A stretch of DNA of 64,000 nt from Adineta vaga (GCA_021613535.1 CP075497.1:5828001-5892000), one strand, 5' to 3'; positions 1 through 12,490 are shown, counted from the stretch's first letter. Made by a program: numbers and translations. Notes: generated by a model from the letters alone, not told the origin.

Positions 1-284
1 AGAAAATTTCATTTTGAATATGTCATTAAAATAATATTGTCGATTTTCTTACGTCAAGATAGAAATCATTGACGATAAGTAAATGAAATATGTATTATTC
101 CTCACAACTAAAAATTGAAAGAAAAATATGTGCGTAAATGATTTACTATTTTTTTAGTGTATAAGCATAATCGATAATGGATGAAGCCAGAAAATTCTTT
201 CATTTCGTTTTCGTCTGTCTATATATTGTTGTCATATTTTCAAAATATTTTTTTCTTCATCACTCGTTGTTAGAGTTCAGGTCA

Positions 285-947
285 ATGGCTGTTGATGATT
301 CTCTACCGATTTCACAATCATCTGCATCTTCATCATCATCATTATCATCATTAACAGAATCACGACATCGTACACAAATAGCAACAGATAATAGTTCATC
401 TTTCATTCCATTTTTTGCTCGTTTACAACAAACAACGGTATTTATTCCTGCACATCGATCACGAACAAATCTTTCAACAACACCATCCAGTTCACTTACG
501 ACTGATATACAATCAATATCGAATGAATCAAAATTATCGAATCCATCTTCGTCGAATTCAATTAGTAGAGAACGTAAACGGTTTGAATCTCAACAAAGAT
601 TTAATCCAATCTTAAACAATCCTTTATTGAATCATCGTCGAGAAGTGCCTAAACCAGTTCGAATGAATATTTCAACGGATTCATCGCAAACTATAAAACT
701 TCATCAGACGACAAAACCATTCAAAGTTCGATCAAATGATAAACAAACATCAACATCATCTCTGTTGACACAACGAATCGAACCTGTGACCGATAGAAAA
801 GTTATTTCAGAAGAACTTCCGCTAATCGATAAAAGAAAATATGACTATATAACACGTTGGATTCATGACGTGCGTCTAGCAACTTATTCTTCAGAACAAC
901 GATGTTCAAAAATGAAAGTATCACAAAAACGTTTGATACATTCATAA
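285..947 (+). CDS. Hypothetical Ser/Thr-rich protein; likely start ATG 285 after a splice acceptor
   Basis: Long ORF 177-947. The 5' part is intron-like up to AG at about 271-280, then MAVDDSLP... Low complexity with a C-terminal KRKYDYITRWIHDV helix-like motif. Confidence 0.5.
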   Translation: MAVDDSLPISQSSASSSSSLSSLTESRHRTQIATDNSSSFIPFFARLQQTTVFIPAHRSRTNLSTTPSSSLTTDIQSISNESKLSNPSSSNSISRERKRFESQQRFNPILNNPLLNHRREVPKPVRMNISTDSSQTIKLHQTTKPFKVRSNDKQTSTSSLLTQRIEPVTDRKVISEELPLIDKRKYDYITRWIHDVRLATYSSEQRCSKMKVSQKRLIHS

Positions 948-1106
948 TCTTTATATTCATTTTTTGTCTGTTTTTATTGCCATTTTTATTCATTGTTTTG
1001 CAGAAAAATTCGAGAAACTAAAAGTACAAAGAGTCATACATGCAAAAAAGGAAAAAGTCATTCAAAAGAAAAACTACGTATGTATAGATTTAAATGGAAT
1101 GAATGC

Positions 1107-3864
1107 TTAACCTATATCGGATAAAGGATTTGTTTCGCCTTCACAAACATGATCCCAAACAATATCGGACCATTTCAGTAAAAGCATGGCACATGCAAGA
1201 AAACTTCGACCACATATTAATTCGGTAGTAATTGTCCATTGATCTGTTTCAACTGAATAATATTCTACACTTTCATGATATTTTCCTGGTTGTTCACCTT
1301 GTCCACCACATACGAAAATTTTGTCATTAACAACGGCTGCACCTGGTCGATAACGATGTTCACACATCGGTGCGATAAATTGCCATTGATTTGTTGTTGG
1401 ATCATAAACTTCAGCTAGATTTGTATTTTCTATATTTGATTGTAATCCTCCACAAACATAAATCTTTTTTCGCAGGACAACAACAGCTGCACCTGAACGT
1501 GCTATGCGCATAGGAGCAACATCTGTACTCCATTCGAAAGTTCGCGGATCAAATTTCATGACTAGATCAACAGCATCGCCTTCTTCGAGAACTGCTCCAC
1601 CTAAATCAAATTCTTCAATTTAAAAACACAGCATCTCTTTCTTTCTTTCTTTTCTTTACCAATTATATACAAATATCCATCTAATGTACAACAAGCTGGA
1701 CTTGTCATTCCAACTTGCATTGTACCAATCTAAATGGAAAAATTTACAACTCAAAATCTTTCTTCTATTTTTTGTTTGAATACATACTGAAGACCATTTA
1801 TTTTCCGTAATAGAATATCGTTCAATAGTATTAAGACGAACATCTCCATTCGAACCACCACATGCATATATGTACCCATCAATTAATACTAAACCTAATT
1901 CAGATCGTGGTGTTAGCATATCTGACAACTGTTGCCATGCATCAAGTTTTTGATCATATTTCCAAACTTCTGCACTCGGTCGACCTTGATCAATCATCAT
2001 TAGAATTTACATTTTTCTTCACAAGCAAACATGTCTACAAACTTACCATTTGGAAAATCTCCTCCACATAGATAAAGTGTTGAAGCCCCTTCAAATCAAA
2101 ATGAAAAATATATGAAATAATCAAAGAAAAACGATGTATGTGTATACCTAATGCAACAATAGCATGCTTTGAGACAGCATATGGTAAACAACAAAGTTTC
2201 TTCCATTCATCTCTAAACAAAATAATTATAAGAATTAATCCGATTAGACATTCTTTCTTTTCCGATAAAAAAAGATTCATTAAAATAGAAATAATGAGGA
2301 ATAAATATATTTCTAATAAAATACCTTTCAGGGTTATAAACTTCTACACCACGTACAACTACTCGTTCATCTTCACCACCCAAAAATACTAATGCTTCAC
2401 TTAATTCTAGAATAGAATGTGGAAATAAAATTGAATCATTTCTAAAATTAAATATAAAAGTATCTTTACCTGAACATGTTCGTGGTTTTAATCGAGAATT
2501 GATTGATGTCATCTCTGGACGTCTATCTGGAAGTAAATGATATCCTAATGCTTCATGAAACAATTCACGACATGTTGCATCTTCCTGAATGATTTTACAC
2601 GTTGAAACTTTATCCATCAATGTGTACTAAATATCATCGAAATAACAATAAATCATATATCAATATTTTGATATACATACAGGACTAAGAAAAGCTAATC
2701 GAATATGTTGAAGAATCTAGAATAAATATAACTATTTAATAGTTTTGTTATTGAAATAGAACATACGGAATGAAAATCATTTTTTCGTTGTTCAGGCGCG
2801 TGATTTAACCATCGTAAACATGCTTCATATACATCATCTTCACTGGCTATTCGTAGATCATCTTCTTCTATAAAATATTAAAAACAATAATTTTAATATT
2901 CAATTACAAAAGAACGTAAGGATAAGTGCTATTATAATTTCCATATAGATTCTTACTTATGAATTCAATAATTTTTTGAGCAGAAATATGAAGCCATTCA
3001 TCCTGTTGTACAACCTTGAAAATGACATGAATTGCAAATGATATTATTTGAAAGAGTATTTTTCTTACTTGTGAGAATTTCTTTAGAACAAATCGTTTTG
3101 CTTTTCTTGTTAATTCTTGTGTTCCATGTAATTCAGCAAAACAATTTATTCCAATAGCATTGGTTTCATCCAGAAAACGTTCAAAAAATGAACTACATGC
3201 ATCTCGAACAGCTTGCATCATTAATAAATTAGCAGCAGAAAGTAATGATTGCACATTATTTTCACAGATCGTTATTTCAGCTAGCAAAACAAAACAAAAC
3301 ACGAGGTAGAGCAATTGAAATTTCTATAACGTCTTACATGTATAAGCATATTCAATCAGTTCAAACATAGCATCAGGATCAACTCCATTGAGAGTAACAG
3401 TTGGTTGTGATGATTCACACATTTCTGATGTTGTAAACATTGCCCGAAAATATGGACTAGCAGCAGCAAGAACATTCTAAATTAACAAATCGATTGATAA
3501 CATTTATACTATAATATTGAATGAACTGTTCTCATTATAAAGAATAATAAAAGATAAAATGAGACTCTTGTTTCTTTACCTTATGGCACGGATATTCATG
3601 TTGACCTACAATAATTGTTACATCACACAATTGTCTACTCAAACGAAGATCATTTAATGCTTCCAAAAGTGAATCTGAATGTCCATGTTCATAATGTGCA
3701 AAAACGGCACCTGGATTATTTGAATTATTATTTACGTCAGCTGATTGTGTAATGGAAGCTGTAATCATAGGATGATGATTTGCCATTTTTAATCGAGCAA
3801 CATTACTAAAACGTTTAGTCGTATGATGACTACGAGTAAACGGTGTCATAGATGCTGAAGACAT
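1107..3864 (-). CDS. Kelch-like protein (BTB-BACK-Kelch, CUL3 adaptor), multi-exon
   Basis: Hand-spliced in frame throughout: LCDVTIIVGQHEYPCHK/NVLAAASPYFRAMF (BTB), LRIASEDDVYEACLRWL (BACK), kelch repeats YLCGG, IYACGG, LYIIGG, IYVCGG, IFVCGG. Confidence 0.95.
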
Positions 3865-3929
3865 TATTTTACATTGATAGATGCTTATCTATAAGGAAAA
3901 AAAAAGTAAACAAAGGAAAGTAGGTTCAT

Positions 3930-4721
3930 TCAATATTTTTGACAGATGTCATAGAGTTTTTGAACTAGTTCTCTATCTTTCATGAATGGATCATTTTGAA
4001 CTTTACAATCGCGGAAATATTTGCCAGTTATATTTGCAACATCATCAGATATAGCTAAATAAACAGGTGTTTTAGCACTTTGTTCAGGTGTTTCATGTCC
4101 ACCAAAGCCCATTGAATTACTTAATTTGGTATTTGAATCACCGGGGTGACAGACATTTACTGTTATTCCATCATGAAGATATTTCTCTGCATAAGCTAAT
4201 GTTAACATTCGATTCGCTTGTTTCGCTTGTTGATAAGCAGCATCTGTTGAATAAGTTCGTCTTTTAAATTCTAAATCATTTATATCAAGTCCACCAGCCC
4301 AATAACTCGCAACATTAACAATTCGTGCATGTTGTGCACATTTTTTTAGATTATTTTCAAATGCATTTGTCATCCATACATAACCTAACACATTAGTAGC
4401 AAATTGAAGTTCAATTCCATCTTCATTTACTTCACGTTTTTTCGGTCCAGTTGCATGATTATTGATTAAAACATTAATTGGTTGATCTTTTAATTGTGAA
4501 GCAAAGCTTTCAATCGATTTTTTTGAAGAAAAATCAACAGGATAACCTTGTATTGCTTGATTCTTTGTTTTGATTTTAATATCTTCTACAGCAGCATTTA
4601 ATTCGTTTTCATTTCGACCAGCTAAGATTATTTTATGATTAGAATCTTTAGCTAAAATTTCACAAATTGCCTTTCCAATCCCACCATATGCTCCGGTCAC
4701 AAGAAATGTCTTCTTCGCCAT
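3930..4721 (-). CDS. Short-chain dehydrogenase/reductase (retinol dehydrogenase-like), intronless, candidate horizontally acquired
   Basis: TGAYGGIG Rossmann motif, LINNHA, RIVNVAS, catalytic YQQAK (YxxxK), CHPG. 263 aa, no introns. Confidence 0.93.
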   Translation of the reverse strand: MAKKTFLVTGAYGGIGKAICEILAKDSNHKIILAGRNENELNAAVEDIKIKTKNQAIQGYPVDFSSKKSIESFASQLKDQPINVLINNHATGPKKREVNEDGIELQFATNVLGYVWMTNAFENNLKKCAQHARIVNVASYWAGGLDINDLEFKRRTYSTDAAYQQAKQANRMLTLAYAEKYLHDGITVNVCHPGDSNTKLSNSMGFGGHETPEQSAKTPVYLAISDDVANITGKYFRDCKVQNDPFMKDRELVQKLYDICQKY

Positions 4722-5157
4722 GGAAGAGAAAGAGAACAGAATAAATCAAGAAAAAAAAATTAACCATACTCAATCATTGACATAGATGTCACTTGAAAAT
4801 TTCCCTATTGGTCAAAATAGTTATTTGTTTATTTATATTCTGTCCTTGTATTTTGAAAGAGTTTTGCATCGTTTCGTATACTGTCAAATAAGACTAACAA
4901 TCGGCAAATCATCAAAAAACAACAAGTTGTAGAATGAAATTTAAAGATCGATCTGCAATGTTAATATTTATTAAATTGGAAAGGTTTCGCTGTGGATTCG
5001 ATCATATTATCTATCGATAGTTTTAAACGATAAAAACACAGTGAATTTAAAAAAAATAAAAGTTTCTTTTCTTCAAAAATTTGTTTTTTTGTTATTGTCA
5101 AATTCCTCTTTTTGTCTGTTTACTTTCTTCTTTTGTGTAATATACATGTAATACAAG

Positions 5158-6530
5158 ATGAAGAGCAGTGGTAATTCAACAACATTTACTGTTCATGATC
5201 GTCTGGCAGCAGCTATTGCTCCGAATACAAATACAAATGTATCAACAAATCCACCAACTACAAGTACAACAACTACTACTTGTTCAATTAATATTTCCAC
5301 AACCACTTGTCAACAAATGATGGCAACAAATGCAAATATCATGCCAGCTGGAAGTTTATCGTCAGCAACGGCAGCCTCATGTAATATAACAACCTCAACT
5401 AGTTCAAATCAACATCAAGATTTAGTTAATCTATTTGAATGTCCTGTATGTTTTGATTATGCATTACCACCTATACTTCAATGTCAATCAGGACATATTG
5501 TGTGTTCCCAATGTCGTCAAAAACTTTCATCGTGTCCAACATGTCGTGGACCATTAGGTAATATTCGAAATTTGGGCATGGAAAAAGTTGCTGATACAAT
5601 TTTATTTCCATGCAAATATCAAACAAATGGATGTTTAATAAGTTTAATGCATAAACATAAATTAGAGCATGAAGATGGCTGTGATTTTCGTCCGGTAAAT
5701 TGTTTTCTCCAAATTCTTTCAATCGTTATCTTCATTTTTCTTTTCAAGTATATGTGTCCATGTCCAGGTGCGTCATGTAAATGGCAAGGTAGTTTAGAAA
5801 ATGTTATGCAACATCTTTGGCTTGCACATAAATCTATTACAACATTACAAGGAGAAGATATCGTGTTTTTAGCTACAGATATTACTTTACCTGGAGCTGT
5901 TGATTGGGTAAGATAAATGTCAGAATATAAATCTATTTCAACTGAAAATTCATTTCATTCCGATAAAAGAGTCTCGAAATTTCGAAGCATAATCTTTTCT
6001 TTTGAGTCGTTTTCTTTTTAATCCATTCGTCATACGTTAAGTACATCAGAACAAAAGATAAATCCGTTCTCTTACACAACATCCTGTAGATGAACATCAA
6101 TAGAACGAAAAAAATCACTTTGTTTTGTTAAATCAAAGAAACAGCGAGTTATTGTACTATTACAAGTTGTCATCTTTATATCCTTGTTGTCAATGGATAA
6201 TAGTTTTTTTCAATGAATCTATTTGCTTAGGTTATGATGCAATCATGTTTTGGTCATCATTTTATGCTCGTATTAGAAAAACAAGAACAACAATTTTTCG
6301 CCATTGTTCAATTAATTGGTACGCGACAGCAAGCAGAAAAATTTGTTTATCGATTAGAATTAAATGGTAATAAACGACGTTTAACATGGGAAAGTACTCC
6401 GAAATCGATTCATGAAGGTATTCAACAAGCCATTCTATTGAGTGATTGTCTAGTTTTCGATGGAGCAACGGCATTATTATTTAGTGAAAATGGCAATTTA
6501 GCTATCAATGTAACTGTGTCTCTCGGTTGA
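5158..6530 (+). CDS. siah: Seven-in-absentia (Siah) RING E3 ubiquitin ligase, 3 exons
   Basis: [74 protein letters not shown]. Introns at about 5695-5748 and 5908-6230 splice in frame. Confidence 0.97.
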
Positions 6531-6928
6531 TCTATTCTTCATTATAAATAAAGTTGTATCTAAATGCATTTTTTCTTTTTTCTTTTTTCTTTTTTCTTCT
6601 TTATTTCAATTTTATGATGTCTCTTCATACTCGATGTCTCCTTTTCATTTTTGTTCTCCCTCTTTCTTTTCTTTTTTTTTTCGTTTTGTTTTCTCTTTAA
6701 AAATACATTTACTTCCTTTGAATTGATCAATATGTTTGTTTATTTATTGTATACATTCACGTATGATATGCATCGAAGATTTCTCATATTTCTTTTATTC
6801 AACTTTGCTAGATGATTATTTTACAAAATTTATCTTTCAAGGCTAATAGAACTTGGTCATAAGTAGTAACAGATGTAGTAGATGTCAGCTGGTTAGTGAC
6901 ATCCATTTAGTATAACCTTGTCTTTCTA

Positions 6929-6955
6929 TACGTGGTACGCGTCGATTAGCACGTG
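6929..6955 (+). promoter_or_regulatory. Cluster of TACGTG, ACGCGT and CACGTG (HRE/E-box-like) motifs upstream of OGFOD2
   Basis: TACGTG 6929-6934, ACGCGT 6937-6942 and CACGTG 6950-6955, 65-90 nt upstream of ATG 7019 in AT-rich context. Confidence 0.35.
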
Positions 6956-7018
6956 GAATGATTTCCGAAGGTCAAACGATTCATAATATTCTAATATATT
7001 CTGATGTTTAAGATCATC

Positions 7019-8349
7019 ATGAAAAAAACCTTTTGTCGATGTTCATGTTTTTTAACAAGTAATATCTATTTGAAACAAATTGATGCACATGTACATTATG
7101 ATTCTGATGAACAATTTCGAGAAGAATATGAAAAAGTAAATTATTGTTTGCAATTCGTCAAATTATGTAATTAACCTTCTTTTAGCTTACTACACCTAAA
7201 AATTCGATGGAAGAATTATTAAGTTTAGTACATCAAGAAATGAATCGTCGACGAACTCTTGATATTGATGCCCAGAGACGAAAAGAACAAATTCGTAGAG
7301 AATATCAACCATTACATCCAGAATTGTATGAACTGCAAGTAAATGAGAAACGAAATATTTCAGGAAAAGAAAAAGAAAAAAGATGAATTTTGTTTTGTAG
7401 CCAAAATTTTTATCTGAAAAATTTAGACAAATATGTTCCCAACCAAAATCTTCTAGTGAATTAATCAAAAAATTTGGCAGTAAGTAGAATAAATGAAGAA
7501 ATGATAGAAGTTTTGCTTTGTATATTTTGAATTAGATGGAATCTATTCAATACCAGTGTTTACAAAAGAATTTTGTGATCAATTAATTGCTGAATTGAAA
7601 CATTTTGAAGCATCTTCGATGCCGAAAGGAAGACCAAATTCAATGAATAATTATGGCGTATAATAATTCCGAAGAAATAATGATGATCTATATCTATTCA
7701 ATACATTTGTTAATTTAGGTTCTTTTAGATGAATTAGGTTTCACAAATTTTATTGATCATTTACGTATTCAATATTTAAATCCACTTGTTCAAGTTTTAT
7801 TTGGTGATGAATATATGGGTACTACTGGGTTAGATTCTCATAAAGCTTTTGTTGTTTCATATAAAATCGGTCAAGATATAGATCTTGGTTATATTATGAC
7901 AATGCAGAAGTGACATTAAATGTCTCACTTGGTATGTAAAAATCAGATGTTTTGTTTCTGAAAATGAAATCGTTTTGTTTTTCAGGAGAAGAATTTGAAG
8001 GAGGTGATTTATATTTTGGTACTATGGCGAAAGCGAATCGGACGGCCTTTTCAAATTTTACATGTAAATGAAAAAAAAAGCAAATCTCTATTAATAGAAT
8101 ATTAAATGCCTTTCTTTTTGTTTAGTTGTCGAACATGTTCCAACTTTTGCTATTCTTCATCGTGGTCTACATCTTCATGGTACTGAACCAATTCAATCTG
8201 GTGAACGATACAATCTTATCATATGGTTACGTTCATCATCAAAACGCAATCAACTCTGTCCAATGTGTTGGCATAAACCTGATTGTCTTCTACCCGTTGA
8301 TTCTGATAGTTATGGTGACGGAATGACTAATTCATTGGAGAACAACTAG
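7019..8349 (+). CDS. OGFOD2: 2-oxoglutarate/Fe(II)-dependent oxygenase OGFOD2 ortholog; 1-nt frameshift at about 7893 as given
   Basis: Missed by the ORF track. Hand-spliced: MKKTFCRCSCF..., IYSIPVFTKEFC, MPKGRPNSMNNYG/VLLDELG, LDSHKAFVVSYKIGQDIDLGY-[H]-YDNAEVTLNVSLG, FEGGDLYF, LHRGLHLHGTEPIQSGERYNLIIWLRSS...LCPMC. Confidence 0.92.
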
Positions 8350-9118
8350 GATGAAATCGATCTTCTTTACAGAGCGTATATATATATATATATACATATG
8401 TTAGGAAAAGAAAAGACAAGAAAATGGCTGCTATAGTGTTTCATTTGACAAATGGTATCTTGATTCAATGTGACATATTGTCAGGATCAATTTTCTTCCT
8501 TTTCTTCTTCTCTCCTTCTTCTTTTCCTTGATCAAGTTGACGACATTGCAATTTTCTTTTTTTTTTCTTTGCGGGATTAATCTACATTTTAACTTGAGAT
8601 TCGTTTGATGTGTATATGTGAAAAAATTTTCTTATCGATAATGATACTGAAATTGAGCAAGGTGTGCGATTGAAATCAGAGATGGCATCATATTCAATTG
8701 ACGCAATCAAAATGATATCTGTAATCGATCTCTTTCCGCTTGCATGTCTGTCAGCAAAAGAAAAAGAAAAAGAAATTCTTTTTGATTATCTCTAACACCT
8801 TCATTTGCTCACTGTCACACAATCTCATTCATTGATGATAAATACTTGAGCATAATTATCTTTAAGGAATTGAACACTAGCCAGACATTCTCTATGCTTT
8901 CATCTTGCTTCTTTTTCTGTGTTTACTAAAAATGATTCTTCTTTATGGGCTATTAAACGAAATACATACACAACAGACAGACAAAAGAAAATGTTATTGT
9001 TTACAATAAGAAACAAAAAAGTGTGAAATGAGAAGATGCGATAGTATGTTTATTCATAAAATAAACATCCTCTTCGAAGAAAAGAACAGCATATCTCATG
9101 TAATTACTCGTTTGATCT

Positions 9119-10360
9119 CTATAACCTATCAAGACAATGACTATTAATGAGCATTTCACGAGTTAAACGCCAACTTTGCTTAGCAGTATTATCCAATGAT
9201 TGTAGAGATTTTCCTTTAAATAAATCGACATTAGGTAAAAAATAATGTGGACATTTTCGACATTGTAAACACGATATTAATTGTAATAAAATACCATTTA
9301 AACGATCACCTAATGTATTATCATCGCACCACTCATGTTCATTTGGATGTTTTTCACATTCATATAAAACTAAACATTTTAAAACATAATTTGTTATTGG
9401 TGATGACTCGAAATTACGATCACGTAATGTTTTTAATATTGATAAACATTTACGTCTTGCTCCATCTTGTAGAAGACGATCTTCAGCTTCGGTAAATGAC
9501 ATTACCCAAGCGTCACCTTCCGAACTTGCTTGTTTATCTTTCATATAAATCGATTCTTTGGATAAAATATTAAATCCTTCGTTTTTGACATCATTAACTT
9601 GATTTGGATTTGGCCAGGTTGAATATTGTGTTGGAGAAAATGGCCAATGTGCAGCCGAACGTGGCCATAAACCTGCACAACGAAATGCTGGTACAATATG
9701 TACAATAAATTTGTCACGTATACGAAGTCGTACTTCGGACGTATCAGTTAATAATTTCACATAATCACGACAAGCACATTTTTCACAAGCTTGAGCAACA
9801 AGTGCTTGAAAACGTGAACGAATCTTTCGTGCTGATAAATATCCACTTGCAGTTATAAATTCTACCCAAAGTGACATGGAACGTTTACGTCCATCAGATA
9901 ATTTCAAAACTGCACAACCAGGTATTGTACCATCATCAACAAAATTAAATACACCCATTTGATTCAGATATAAAACAACCTAAAAGAAAATAGAACATGT
10001 CTTGCTAATCGAACGATATTAATCATCTAGGCTTCTTCGTTTTCTAAGAATGATTGATTTATATACGCATCATTTATGTCTGTTATCAAGATGAATACTA
10101 ATTATTTATGTTCCTATAAGAAAATCTTTCTCTTACCTGAATTCAGTATGTGAGACCACTGTAAGACCTTCAAAACGTCCATTGTTTTCATTAAGTGACG
10201 AAATAAATCTTGGTTCTTGTGCTTCAACTTCACGTAAAACTTCCGTTACAACTTTGGAAATTTCACGAACAGCTTTATAAATTGAATTCTTTCGTGGAAT
10301 AACTTTTTCAACAAAATATTTATTAAGTTGAAGAGCAAAATTATTTGAAGGACACAACAT
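9119..10360 (-). CDS. mab-21: Mab-21-like protein, 2 exons (10137-10360, 9119-9979); junction is 1 nt short of frame as given
   Basis: EVEAQEPRFISSL...RFEGL, VVLYLNQMGVFNFVDDGTIPGCAVLKLSDGRKRSMSLWVEFITASGYLSARKIRSRFQ, GILLQLISCLQCRKCPHYFLPNVDLF: near-invariant MAB21 signature. Confidence 0.97.
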
Positions 10361-12412
10361 GATCGTATTCTACAATCCGATTGATTTAATCATCATTGAT
10401 AGAAGGTGAAATAGACATATCTGCTTCATTTTTTCTTTCTTTCTTTCTCGCTCTCTTTTTCTCTTACTCTCAAGCGTCCAATCAGATAACTATTCTTTCC
10501 TACCAATAAGAAAAAATACCGACAAATGTCATCAAGAAAGAAGAAATAAATAAATACATGCTATCAATTCTTTTCTCATCAACAACATTAATGAATACTA
10601 TAATCAATTCATTGAAAACCACAAAGTTTCCTTTTTTTTGTATCCCTCGTCTATTCAAACATAGAAGTCATGCAATTAAAACGAGTCTATTGCATGTTAG
10701 TTCACTTGATTCTTCCAATTTCAAAATTACCATATTGATCTCATCATTCAATAGATAAGATTTTTTTTTTGTTTTCTCATCTATCAATATATTTCTCAGC
10801 ATGAAAAGAGAAGAAAAACGTCATTTCCCAAATGTATTATCAGTCTTCAAGAATTAGTGCTATCGAAATAAATTCTGATTCATTCGAGCATAGAATGAAA
10901 TTCAAACAGAGACTAATTAGAAACATCCATATTCATCACACGTGTAATTGCACGACGATGTTTATCATAGAGAAAAAGATGCGTATACTTGATAATACGA
11001 GAACCACTCATCGCGACGGGGAACCAGGTACAGTATAGATAACACATAGTTTGAATTTATTTTATTTCTTTTCTCTCTTCTTATGAATGGAAATTCAAAT
11101 CAAGGTTATTTACAAGAAACAAAGTCTTGTTGACTTCCAAGACATTGATGGATGATAATGATGATGACGAAGACATTGTTTATCAAAATATAAATATATA
11201 TTTATATATGTAGAGAGAGAAGAATTCTGTAATACAAAAAATAGAACGCTTTTTTTTCGATAAAAGGTGTAATAGATTTTTTCATTCAATCAACTGAAAT
11301 AATCACTCTTCCTCGACATATAATGCATTCAGTAGAGAGATTAGATCAGTATACTTACACACCTCACTTGATTGACACGATGAAGTAAACGACAAAAATG
11401 TGATAGGTTAGAAAAAAGACAATAGAATGAACTAGTACTAGTCTTGTTTGCTAAATGAACCGCATATTGACACGAGCAAATGACTTCAGGGTGTCGAAAT
11501 GAATGAATACTGTGTTTCACAGCTAACAAATAACGGTCAAGAAATGATATGATAGTCTTTTGATTAGATAGTAACATTGCCTTTTCTAATATACGAAGAA
11601 TTTTAGTGGAAATGAACAATTTTTTTTTTCCATCAGTTTGAAATCATTCAAACTAATTGTAATGACAACTCATTGAAAATTAATGTAAAACTATTCGAGT
11701 GTAAAACAACTACAGATGACAGTATTCTGTTTCACACTGTGCATCATCGATTATTTGAATACAGTAATGATTAGAATTGAATTATCTGTGACAAAAATAT
11801 TTCTTTGATAAACATGAAATATTAACTGAATCAATCTATAAATTTATCTTGCATTTAACAAGTTTTGAAAATACATATATTAATTGTTCAATCGAATATA
11901 CAAAGTTCTTTATTATAAGGTTTTCATATGTTGAAAATATTTCAAAATTCAATGCAGTAATGATTATCAGAATAACATGACAATCCTTGTATTTCTACTT
12001 TGGAATACAGTTTGGAGGAAGTTACTGATTTATTCAAGGCACTCTTACCTAATGCGTCGTACTTCGAATATTCAAGGTCAAAAAAATCATGCGATATGTA
12101 TAGCAACAGCAATATAAGAAGTGTACCCATTAGCAGTAAAAATTTAGCTAAGTATCGATAAAATTGTTCTATATGTACAATATAGTTAAAAAGGAAGTAT
12201 ATATTTTCCTCAGAAGTCTTTCATAAAATGTTAATGAGTACGAAAACTGCTCGAATTAAGTAGTCAGTCATAAATCATTTTATGTAAAATATCAAAATGT
12301 CCGATGATCGAAAATATTGATCTATTCTAACGATTAATAAAGAGTAAAAATATACATAATATTAACATAAACCATTTGCATTCATCTGTGAAAACTTCGT
12401 CGTTTTTTTGAG

Positions 12413-12420
12413 TATAAAAG
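12413..12420 (+). promoter_or_regulatory. TATA box of the secreted peptide gene
   Basis: TATAAAAG with an Inr-like ACAGTC shortly downstream (about 12434-12439); 78 nt before ATG 12491. Confidence 0.6.
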
Positions 12421-12490
12421 TAATGGAAGTGTAACAGTCAATTTAAATCTGACTTTATTTTATTTCTCTCAAATTATTGAATCTATCATT

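Noticed and set aside
5012-5019. TATCGATA (DRE-like) in the Siah/SDR divergent promoter, also at about 8633, 12153 and 30806
   Set aside because: ATCGAT is common throughout the window, so enrichment cannot be claimed by eye.
9119-9958. mab-21 as a cGAS-like immune sensor
   Set aside because: The sequence is the highly conserved developmental MAB21L1/2 type, not a divergent cGLR.
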